Shown here one piece after another: positions 21,540 to 30,949 of a DNA stretch of 64,000 nt. Within the stretch, counting starts at the first letter, position 1, and each line of letters starts with the position of its first letter. The notes below the pieces were generated by a model. It did no database searches, was not told the origin of the DNA, and saw only the letters and a program-made list of their open reading frames with translations. Position numbers and translations under genes: made by a program. This stretch comes from Epithemia pelagica (Eukaryota > Protista > Bacillariophyta), in the NCBI GenBank assembly GCA_946965045.2, contig OX337232.1, positions 992,001-1,056,000 on the forward strand, written 5' to 3'.

Positions 21540-22489
21540 TAGTATAACTAAGTTTATTGCTGAGGGTGGACGACGAGAAGTTGGGGACGACGAGGGGCAG
21601 TAACGACGAGAAGGGCTATAGCGACGAGGAGTGGACTGCCCTCCGTAAATCCGCGAAAGCGGATTGGAGGGGCAGTCCACGACGAGAAGCTATGGCCCGA
21701 CGAGAAGTTACGCCCCGAGAAGTGCCCCAACGACGAGGAGTCACCCGGGGCAATAAACTTATGTATGCTTCCTTTGTCGCGAGGAGTCGTGCCAAACGCG
21801 CGGCGTGACACTAGGTAATCTTTCATTGTTCCTAGTTCCTAAATGACCCCGTCAGTTAAGTGATTTCATCGGAGGACATCGGATGAAGTTTAACGCTTGT
21901 TTTCTTAAATACAATCGTCTCTCATTTATTACATGCCAATCAAACTCCGAGGCGTCCTTCTTGTATACGAGTAAATACAATACGAGTAGAGAAATCTAAG
22001 TACGTGCTACTTACAAGTAGAGTCATTGTCCCCCAACCCTCAACCAGAACCACTGATAACACGACACACGACACACGACACGACACAAGAAACAACACAC
22101 ATACTCGTAGAGCACTCATCATGAACACAATGGGAAAGTCTACCATGGTGAGTCCTCCTCTGGCCTCCAGGAGGATGCATTCTTGTCCTCTGTGTCTGTT
22201 GTTGGTGTTGGTGGATTGTTGCGTGTTGCGAACCTCTGTCCATTCCTGTCCTTTTTGCCTCGTCCTTTGGCTCGTCTGCTTTTGGTTCCTCTTTTCGTTT
22301 CGGTCTTTGTCTTTAGTGCGCCGCGCTAGTTTTTCTGTAGGTGCTACTTTTTGTCGGTGCTACTTTTTCTTTTCCCGGGCTATTTTACATGTATACACTA
22401 GAATAAAAAATCGTCGTAGAATAAATTTTTGGGCTTATCTATTTTGGGGTGTGAGTAGGGAAAGGCACGATGAGGAGTGATAAAGGTAG
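21540..22489. mobile_element. Unclassified non-coding insertion (~945 bp) without terminal inverted repeats
   Basis: Absent from paralog A, where the site reads GGCCGCC-TC-TAGCAATC. Here it is flanked by TAG at 21540-21542 and 22487-22489. No convincing ORF; long fold-back at the left end. Confidence 0.8.
21541..21769 (+). other. Long rod-like fold-back with periodic symmetric internal loops
   Basis: Nested helices can be paired by hand, separated by GACGAG(A/G)A loops on both arms, with an apical GAAA loop (see findings). Confidence 0.85.
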
Positions 22490-22702
22490 CAATCTAATAC
22501 ACAAGTCTGAATGTTTCGTAATGAATGCTTCAAAGCGTTGGACCGGTTTTGCAGCCTCTTCTCTCAATTCATTCAATTCATTGACAAAATCTCCATAAAC
22601 ATGCAAATGAGCTCCATCGACAGGTATATACATAGCCATGGTTCCAGCAAGATCTTTCCAATCATGCTCAAACATCATGGTTTCGTCTGGGCCGCCAGCT
22701 CT

Positions 22703-23468
22703 TAGTAGAACTCTCACCAAAAATCATCGGTTAGGTTCGGCACCTCATCGGTTAGTCGAGTCCCGTGGCTTCAAACATCACCTACATCACCTACATCCAC
22801 ACTACATACCTAGCTTCGCGCTAGCTCAACCTATATTTCGGTCGCATATACCAAAAAGTGAGAACAGATTGACAAACGTGCTATCAAGAATCAACTTTGG
22901 TCTTGATATCGCATCAACGGATGATCATCCGTTGAACATCCGAGCCTGACCTATGCCCTAAGCGTGCGCGCCCAAATTCGTCAAGATGCGCGCAAGAACT
23001 ATCCGAGCGTGGCGATCATGTATCCGACCCAACGGTCTAAGTACACAAGGCACGAATCACGATCACGCGAGACCATATCATTGTTCCCACTATTTCAAGA
23101 TTGCAAACAAGAACGCGCCAACAAAACTACATATACCAACTTTAGCCAAGAATCGTTGAGGCTGTATATGATATACAAGCACATATACATGTTATATACC
23201 TCACATACATCAACTCCAACCATTCCAGTCCTATCACCGCCAAGAACCTATTTCACACGATCGACAACAAGAATGGAAACCTCACACACCAAACCTAGTA
23301 GTAAGCTCACAATCATTAACATTACCATATCATCACGTCTTCAGTGTCCTGACTATCCCTACGATAGAGCCCTTGGGTTTCCTTTGTTCTCTGACCCGTG
23401 GAGAACCTTGGTATCAGTTGGTAATCGATTGTGGCTCTTCTAGAGCGTGTACTGACGGAATTCTACTA
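22703..23468 (+). repeat. 5' LTR of copia 2
   Basis: Direct repeat of 30947-31712 with 8-bp inverted termini. Confidence 0.96.
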
Positions 23469-23484
23469 GATTAACAGTCTCACC
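23469..23484 (+). other. Putative primer-binding site GATTAACAGTCTCACC
   Basis: Abuts the LTR. Its reverse complement GGTGAGA-CTGTTAA-TC reads as a tRNA-Asn(GTT) anticodon arm. Confidence 0.65.
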
Positions 23485-23507
23485 TGTCTCATTTCCCCGA
23501 AGTTTTC

Positions 23508-24295
23508 ATGTCCAGTGACTCCAATACTCCTGTCCGTCGGAACTACAACGCTTTCCAGCAGAGTGGTGACCCAACACAGCAGATTGCCGTCCACCCTGGC
23601 GAATTCCTCATCGAGACGCCCTCTAACTCCCCGGAGAAGGCTAGCGCGCCTAATCCGTTCCAGACTCCCGATCAAGTCGTCCCTCCGCCGTCCGACCCGA
23701 ATCGCCCGCCGAACACCCTTGCACGCCGACCGAGTACACCTCCTCGCCCAAACCCAACTCGCACCCGACGTACGAGCCGTCTCATCAACGCGCACCTCCG
23801 TTACTTCCGCGAGCCATCCGAGTATCAGAGCGACCCGGACCACATCCGTTCGACGAGTCCGTCCAACCCGTCGTCGACCTAGAGGATATCCAACGACTCC
23901 TAGACTTGCTATACCAATCTCCAAGCTACCGATACATAGCGACGACCCTATCGACCACCCCATCAGGCTGCCTTCGGGTACGCTTCCTTACTTTCCAGCG
24001 TCCGGTCAATTACTTCCATACCATTTGGGTCGTGAACAAGACTAACCAACCTCTTCCTACCTTGACTACCCGTCTCGACGACTACGTTGGTTTCATCCAC
24101 GTTATCAAGTTGCACCAGGACTTCCGTGCCACTATCTTCCCTCTACTCACCCAACCAGTGAACCACCTAGTTGAGGACCACAACGGCAACGAAGAGTTAC
24201 TGAGTCTCCGATTCAACTTGATTACCACAACGAGCCCAGAAGTGACCACGTTTAAGGCCATACGTAAGGGAGCAGTATATATACTGATCCCATAA
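23508..24295 (+). CDS. Possible extra upstream ORF of copia 2 in two overlapping frames (23508-23882 and 23645-24295)
   Basis: A Pro-rich ATG ORF overlaps a 217-codon ATG-less open frame in the -1 register. In-frame C CCA AAC heptamer at 23747-23753. Confidence 0.4.
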
Positions 24296-25282
24296 ATTCG
24301 AGCAGTATATACACTCCTCCCATAACTTTGAAGACATCTACTAATTGGAATATAGACGCCATTGTCTTTTTCACTTGTAATTCTAATAGTTTGTGGAATT
24401 TTGAACATTTTCATATATCATAGTCTACACTGATTTTGAAATTATAACAGTCGTTTCGTGTATCAAAACTTGGATGATTTTTGTGATTTTCTCATCCCAT
24501 CGACCATGGCCCAACTTTGAGCAGTACGCACACACTCAATATCCAACAGCAAATGTCAAGACCTTCCATTCTGGTGTAAAATAATATGAACTATAGGACT
24601 TTGTCTTTATTTGTGATTTGACAGCACCTCTGTTGAGCATTCGGCAATTCCCTCTCTCAGACCATGTTTTTGCCTGCTTCACAGCATTGACCCTTTTTCG
24701 ACACATTGAACCTTTCCTTGGTCAACTTTCGCCTCCACATACCATCTGTCTTGATCAATTGACTTTCCTTCATCCATTCTGACCTGGTTTGGCATCATTG
24801 GAAGATGATCCATGCCATTTTCATTGTCCGCCCTCATTGTCTCTCATTGTCATCGAGGATGGCCGCTCAAGTTCGAGAAAAGCGACTAAAATGACAAAAA
24901 ATTCTCACTATGAATAAATTTGTACTCGAAATTAAAACTGGGAGTTTTCAAACCGTGTTAAGATGGGAGTAGTTTATGGGAGTCAAAGCACTGATCCCAT
25001 ATTTTTTATGGGAGTAGTTTATTTTCTACTCCGTTACCCTTAAAACCCGTTCCTTACGTATGGCGTTAAGTAATTTTAAGTAGTTTTCACACCAAACCAG
25101 AGACAAAACCGAGTTCCGCACATCCGGGTTACCTTTCGGACATCACATCACACGTGGACATACGTGGCACATCCGGGTTCACAAGGCACACCACACATCC
25201 GGGTTACAAGTTTTAACTAAAGTTTTCGACTAAGACATCACAGGACACATATCAACATATCTTATCACCAAGTCAAGCAATC

Positions 25283-26782
25283 ATGGAACCAACTACACCG
25301 ACCACACCAGAGTTCAACACCAATCAAAGTATATCTGATCAAGAAGTCTTTGATCATATTACTCAGGTGTTGTTCAACTTTTCCAAGGAAAGGGTCGATG
25401 TACTCGTGAAATGGATGCACCATCATGCTTTTGATGATATCCTTAGTATCATTGAACATATGGCAATTGACCCTGAGAAGAACATGGATAGTATGACAAA
25501 ATACAAGTCAGGAAAACAAATGCACGACCTACATGTCAATACAAGCCAGCAGATCAAGTTGCTTGCCCATTGGTTCCGACAAACGAGTATCGACATTCAG
25601 GGTATACCTTCCAAGGCAACCTGGATGAATCTGACCAAGGTAGAATTTGATCTATGGAGGATAAACACTGACTTTCGCTCCGGAAGCCCTATCAATGACC
25701 CAGTATCACCTATGAAATCTCCATCCCATTCGACGTCACCCAAATTGTTTAGTACTACTTCTGCTGCATCACAGTCCCAACTGGACCTTACCGCATTCAA
25801 GAAGGGAACCAAGCGTGACGCTATGGCATATGAAACATTCAAGGATGAACGATACTACGACACGTTCTGGAGGACTTTCAAGACCACAGCAAAAGCCCAA
25901 GGTTTATCTAATGTTCTTGACTTCCGATACAAGCCGCCGACGAATGATACGTATGCAACAGAACTTTTCCAAGAGCAACAAATCTTCCTATACTCCGTCC
26001 TTGTGCGCATCATCCAGACTGATCAAGGAAGAGCTTATGTTCGCGAACATGAACATGATGAAGACGCACGAGCAGTGTTACAGAAGCTTCACACATTGCA
26101 TACGAAGTCAGACTTAGCGAAACGAGAGGTCTTACAATTAACCAATTACATCTCCAACCTTTGCCTCGATGATACATGGCGTGGATCATCACGTCAATTC
26201 TTGCTTCATTTCCAAGACAAACAACGTTTACTCGATAACCTTGTTGATCTCTCTGATCGCATACCTGATCACACCAGGATGACGTTTCTTATGCAAGCTG
26301 TCGAGAAGGTACCTGACCTTCGCAGAGTTAAAATCTTGGACAACGTCGTCAACACGAAGTCTGGAGCAAAGTCTTTATGTTATAAGTCGTACTTCTCCAT
26401 TTTGATGGACGCAGCATATGACCATGATCAAGTCACGCAATCTTCTGCAACTGGTCGTCGTCGTAGTGTCAAGCAACACGAGCAACACGAAACACAACAT
26501 GATATTGAGGGATCCCTTCAGGAAGACTATGCATATCAGATAAACAATACCAATGTCCAAGATGATAACACGGCATCTCCAAAAGCCAGTCTTCCTCGTG
26601 ACCTATGGTTTAAACTTCCTGAGGATGCTCGCAAGATGATTGTTGAGTATAACAAGAACGTGCAAGCTTCTACTCCGAGTCCAAGAAAAGTACAGCAACA
26701 CTCCCTTGACATTGATCCTGAACCTGATCCTGACCCTGGTCAAGATGTTTTTGATGACCTGGACAACCCCACATATCCATAG
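25283..26782 (+). CDS. Gag of copia 2
   Basis: 499-aa ORF directly upstream of and in frame with pol, inside the LTR pair. Confidence 0.85.
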   Translation: MEPTTPTTPEFNTNQSISDQEVFDHITQVLFNFSKERVDVLVKWMHHHAFDDILSIIEHMAIDPEKNMDSMTKYKSGKQMHDLHVNTSQQIKLLAHWFRQTSIDIQGIPSKATWMNLTKVEFDLWRINTDFRSGSPINDPVSPMKSPSHSTSPKLFSTTSAASQSQLDLTAFKKGTKRDAMAYETFKDERYYDTFWRTFKTTAKAQGLSNVLDFRYKPPTNDTYATELFQEQQIFLYSVLVRIIQTDQGRAYVREHEHDEDARAVLQKLHTLHTKSDLAKREVLQLTNYISNLCLDDTWRGSSRQFLLHFQDKQRLLDNLVDLSDRIPDHTRMTFLMQAVEKVPDLRRVKILDNVVNTKSGAKSLCYKSYFSILMDAAYDHDQVTQSSATGRRRSVKQHEQHETQHDIEGSLQEDYAYQINNTNVQDDNTASPKASLPRDLWFKLPEDARKMIVEYNKNVQASTPSPRKVQQHSLDIDPEPDPDPGQDVFDDLDNPTYP

Positions 26783-26821
26783 GATGATTCCGATCCAGCC
26801 ACCCATCTCATCCATCAAGCA

Positions 26822-29800
26822 ATGACGTCAACCGACATCAATCACCCAGCTTCTGATTTGTCTAATGTTCTATCCAATGCCGCATCCAAGACGAGTAAGA
26901 AAATTAGTTTCAAACCGAATGAGCACAAGCAGAAGGTCCACATGACTCAATATATGTTCTCTCGAAAGTCGACTTATACTGGGAATCAACTCATTGATCG
27001 TGGTGCCAATGGTGGTTTAGCCGGAGCTGATATGCGTATCCTTTCCAAGACAGGTCGTAACATCACGATTGTGGGAATCGACAACCACAAACTTACTGGT
27101 CTCCCCATTGTCACTTGTGCTGCCAAGTTTGAAACTAATGATGGACCAATCGTTGGCATCTTCAACGAATATGCATACTATGGAAAAGGACAGTCTATAC
27201 ATGCGCCTTGTCAATTGGAACATTATGGGCTATCTGTGGATGAACGTTCTGTCAAGGTGGATGGAAAGCAACGTATCACTACCCTTGATGGACGTGCTTT
27301 ACCTCTATGTATCAAGGATGGACTTGCCTTTATCCACTCATTAGGTATCCCTTCTGATGATGACATGGACCGATTGCCGCAAATCATCTTTACTTCGCCA
27401 TCTACTTGGGACCCCTCTGTTCTTGACCATACTCATTCAGATCCACAGCATGATGCTTCTACTACATGGCATCAGGTTGCGACCGATGGCAGTATGGCAC
27501 CTTATCCATATGACACGTATGGGGAGTACACTGATCGTGTTGTCTGCAATCTCAATCTTCTCCTTGACCTTCCTTATGACCACGGGCCCGACAACACCAC
27601 ATATTTCTCTATCTATGCTGATGCTAATGGTGAAGACCCAACCCTTCAACATGCATCTGTCCATCGTCGTTTTGTGGAAGAACATGATTGGAAACAATTT
27701 CGTCCCTTCTTTGGTTGGCAATCCGAGGAAGTTATTGCCGATACTTTCAAGCATACTACCCGACATGCTAATGTGACTTTTGACTGTGACACTCTCAAGA
27801 AACATTTCAAGGCACGCAACCCTATCCTGAATCTACCACGTCGTCATGAACCCGTTGCTGCCGATTCGATCTTTTCTGATACACCTGCTGTTGATCATGG
27901 TGGAAAGGTGGCTCAAATTTTTGTTGGCCGCGATACTCTTGTCACTGATATTTACGGTATCAAGTCTACCAAGCAATTTGTGAACACTCTTCAAGACAAT
28001 ATACGCATGCGAGGTGTCATGGAGACACTCATTAGTGATGGGGGTTCATCTCTTATTTCCCATAAGGTTAAGGATATCCTTCGCACCTTGCTCATCGGGG
28101 AGTATCGCTCTGAACCATACCACCAGCATCAGAACAAAGCCGAGAATCGTTATCAGACCGTTAAACGAATGACGAATGCTATCATGAATGCAACTGGATG
28201 CCCGGCCAATGTTTGGTTACTTTGCCTTGAATATGTCTGTGACTTATTGAATCATTCTTCTTCACATGCACACTCTGGACGGACTCATATTGAGGCTCTC
28301 ACCGGTCACCCTCCCGACATTTCGCACCTCCTGTTCTTTCCCTTCTGGGATGAAGTCTACTATTGTGTTGACCCCTCCGAACCGTCGTCTGGTCCCTACC
28401 CTTCTTCGACCGATGAGAAACTTGGCCATTGGGTTGGTTTTGCTCACAACGTTGGTGATGCTTTTACATGGAAGATTTTGTCTGCTGACAACCATATCCT
28501 CTACCGTTCCGCTGTTCGCCGTGTCGCTTCCACTACACCCAACCTTCGTGTGGATCGACCTTCAGGGGAGACGTCTCCGAAAGATGACACTGATAAGCAG
28601 GCTGACACTGTCTTCATTCGCAGTAAAAGTGAAGATCCATCCAAACCAATGCCTACAATCGATTACGAAAACATGATAGGACGCACTTTCCTATGCGACA
28701 CTGAAGAAAATGGGGAGCGTCATCGAGCACGCGTTGTCAAACGAGTTATAGATCTTATGAAAGAATCACTCAAGCAAGAAGAACGCATCAAGTACATCTA
28801 CCGCAAGACAAATTCTGACGTTGATGAAATGATCTCTTATAACCAGTTGATGGAGTATATTGAGAGGGACAATCAAGCGCAGACCTCGGGAGATAATTTG
28901 TTCCGTTTCAGGGATGTTATTGCACATCAAGGCCCACTGTCTTCAACTGACCCGGATTATAAGGGGAGTAAGTATAACTTGCTTGTGGATTGGGAAACTG
29001 GGGAGACAACCTATGAACCACTCTCCCTTATTGCCAACGACGACCCAATCACCGTTGCCATATATGGAAAGAAGCATGGGCTCCTCAACGACCCAGGATG
29101 GAAACACCTGAAACGCTACGTCAAGACGAGTAAACGCCTGATACGTGCTGCAAAACAATCAAGGATCAAACAAGTACGTCGATCAGTCAAGTATAAGTTT
29201 GGATTCCAAGTCCCTCGAGATTACGCCGAGGCTGTCAATCTTGACAAACAAAATGGTACCACAAGGTGGCAAGACGCAACTGAATTGGAACTGTCTCAGA
29301 TACAATCATATGAGACATTCAAGGACCATGGGAAGGCCATCTTCACAAATGGCAAGGTATCAAATGCACCTGAGGGATATCAAAAGATTCGAGTGCATCT
29401 CATTTTTGATGTGAAACATGATGGTAGACACAAGGCACGACTTGTTGCAGATGGACACTTGACGAAGGAACCTGTGGAAACGATCTACTCTGGAGTTGTT
29501 TCTATTCGCAACCTACGAATTGCTTTATTCCTTGGATCTCTGAACGATCTAGAAGTATGGGGAGCAGACATTGGGAATGCGTATCTTGAAGCATTGACTG
29601 GGGAGAAGTTATATATTGTGGCAGGACCCGAGTTCAAGGAGCTAGAAGGTCACATCCTCATCATCTACAAGGCCCTCTATGGTCTCAAATCTTCAGGCGC
29701 ACGATGGCATGATGTCCTTTTTGACGTCCTCACCGATATGGGTTTCTCACCAAGCAAGGCAGATCCTGACATTTGGATGAGAAAAGCACCTGGGGAGGAT

Positions 29801-30949
29801 TGCTACGAATATATCGCCGTATATGTGGATGACTTAGCCATCATAGCTACTGACCCTGGAAACATTTGCAAAGTCTTCAAGGAAAAGTACAACTTCAAGC
29901 TTAAGGGAGATGGACCTATTGACTATCACCTGGGATGCCGGTACACCAAGGACCCTGACGGAACCCTAGTCTCTGATCCACGCCGATACATTAGCAAAAT
30001 GATGGACACCTTCGAACGTATCTTCAAAGAGAAACCCAAGAAGGCTAAAACCCCTCTCATTGCTGGTGATCACCCGGAATTGGACGACACCGAACTCCTT
30101 GATGAAGAAGGTACACAGCACTTCCAGACCTTGATTGGACAGCTTCAGTGGGTGATTACAATTGGTCGCTTTGATGTTTTTACTGCTACGATGACCCTTT
30201 CCAGGTTCCGCGCAGCTCCAAGACAGGGACATCTCAACAGAGCTAAACGCATCTATGGATACCTTTTCAATCTTTCTGATGGTGCAATCAGATTCCGAAT
30301 CGGAGAGCCCGATTTCTCAAGCATTCCAAGTCAAGACTTTGATTGGAGTCGTACGGTCTATTCAGATGCCAAGGAATACATCCCTCATGATTGCCCAGAA
30401 CCACTTGGACGATATGTGACGACAACGCACTATGTTGATGCTAACCTTATGCACGACATGATCACAGGAAAGTCTGTAACAGCCATCCTGCATCTCTTGA
30501 ATGGGACACCAATTGATTGGTACAGCAAACGACAGAGCACTGTGGAAACGGCAACATATGGATCAGAATTTGTGGCAGCAAGGACAGCAGTCGACCAAAT
30601 CACTGAATTACGGCATTCACTTTGTTACCTTGGAGTACCAATCAGGGATCGCAGTTATCTGTTTGGAGACAATCGATCTGTGGTTGTTAACGCAACAATG
30701 CCTCATTCTATCTTGTCCAAGAGACATCATCTCCTTTCATATCACCGGGTACGAGAAGCGATAGCAGCGCAATACGTTGCATTCTATTGGAAGGATGGGA
30801 AGACCAACCCTGCCGACATCCTCAGCAAGCATTGGGAATTTGCAACTATTTGGCCTCTACTCAAGCCCCTATTGTTTTGGAGAGGAGAAGTTCAAGATCT
30901 CTACGAATCCAGCGATGACAAGGCTGAACCAACGAGCTGTGGGGAGTAG
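26822..30949 (+). CDS. Pol of copia 2 (protease, integrase, RT, RNase H)
   Basis: LIDRGANGG; integrase ADSIF/ISDGG/KAENR; RT DIGNAYL, KALYGLK, YVDD; RNase H YVDANL, TYGSEFVA, GDNRSV, NPADILSK. Confidence 0.95.
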   Translation: MTSTDINHPASDLSNVLSNAASKTSKKISFKPNEHKQKVHMTQYMFSRKSTYTGNQLIDRGANGGLAGADMRILSKTGRNITIVGIDNHKLTGLPIVTCAAKFETNDGPIVGIFNEYAYYGKGQSIHAPCQLEHYGLSVDERSVKVDGKQRITTLDGRALPLCIKDGLAFIHSLGIPSDDDMDRLPQIIFTSPSTWDPSVLDHTHSDPQHDASTTWHQVATDGSMAPYPYDTYGEYTDRVVCNLNLLLDLPYDHGPDNTTYFSIYADANGEDPTLQHASVHRRFVEEHDWKQFRPFFGWQSEEVIADTFKHTTRHANVTFDCDTLKKHFKARNPILNLPRRHEPVAADSIFSDTPAVDHGGKVAQIFVGRDTLVTDIYGIKSTKQFVNTLQDNIRMRGVMETLISDGGSSLISHKVKDILRTLLIGEYRSEPYHQHQNKAENRYQTVKRMTNAIMNATGCPANVWLLCLEYVCDLLNHSSSHAHSGRTHIEALTGHPPDISHLLFFPFWDEVYYCVDPSEPSSGPYPSSTDEKLGHWVGFAHNVGDAFTWKILSADNHILYRSAVRRVASTTPNLRVDRPSGETSPKDDTDKQADTVFIRSKSEDPSKPMPTIDYENMIGRTFLCDTEENGERHRARVVKRVIDLMKESLKQEERIKYIYRKTNSDVDEMISYNQLMEYIERDNQAQTSGDNLFRFRDVIAHQGPLSSTDPDYKGSKYNLLVDWETGETTYEPLSLIANDDPITVAIYGKKHGLLNDPGWKHLKRYVKTSKRLIRAAKQSRIKQVRRSVKYKFGFQVPRDYAEAVNLDKQNGTTRWQDATELELSQIQSYETFKDHGKAIFTNGKVSNAPEGYQKIRVHLIFDVKHDGRHKARLVADGHLTKEPVETIYSGVVSIRNLRIALFLGSLNDLEVWGADIGNAYLEALTGEKLYIVAGPEFKELEGHILIIYKALYGLKSSGARWHDVLFDVLTDMGFSPSKADPDIWMRKAPGEDCYEYIAVYVDDLAIIATDPGNICKVFKEKYNFKLKGDGPIDYHLGCRYTKDPDGTLVSDPRRYISKMMDTFERIFKEKPKKAKTPLIAGDHPELDDTELLDEEGTQHFQTLIGQLQWVITIGRFDVFTATMTLSRFRAAPRQGHLNRAKRIYGYLFNLSDGAIRFRIGEPDFSSIPSQDFDWSRTVYSDAKEYIPHDCPEPLGRYVTTTHYVDANLMHDMITGKSVTAILHLLNGTPIDWYSKRQSTVETATYGSEFVAARTAVDQITELRHSLCYLGVPIRDRSYLFGDNRSVVVNATMPHSILSKRHHLLSYHRVREAIAAQYVAFYWKDGKTNPADILSKHWEFATIWPLLKPLLFWRGEVQDLYESSDDKAEPTSCGE

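Noticed and set aside
21572-21739. GACGAGAAG repeats as a CRISPR-like array
   Set aside because: The repeats are only 8-9 nt, the spacers are 9-14 nt and pairwise complementary across the centre, no cas genes are present, and the context is eukaryotic.
21557-22480. ORFs 21554-21826, 21557-21808 and 22004-22480 inside the insertion
   Set aside because: They are short, have no recognisable motifs, and are explained by the repeat structure and low-complexity sequence.
21540-22489. Insertion as a Helitron, MITE or SINE
   Set aside because: No TC...CTRR ends at an AT target, no terminal inverted repeats, and no poly(A) tail or recognisable A/B boxes.
22964-23443. 159-aa ORF duplicated at 31208-31687
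   Set aside because: It lies wholly within the LTRs, starts at GTG and has no protein-like features.
23420-23484. Self-priming for copia 2
   Set aside because: The best LTR match to the post-LTR sequence (GGTAATC vs GTTAATC) is short and imperfect. The tRNA-Asn half explanation fits better.
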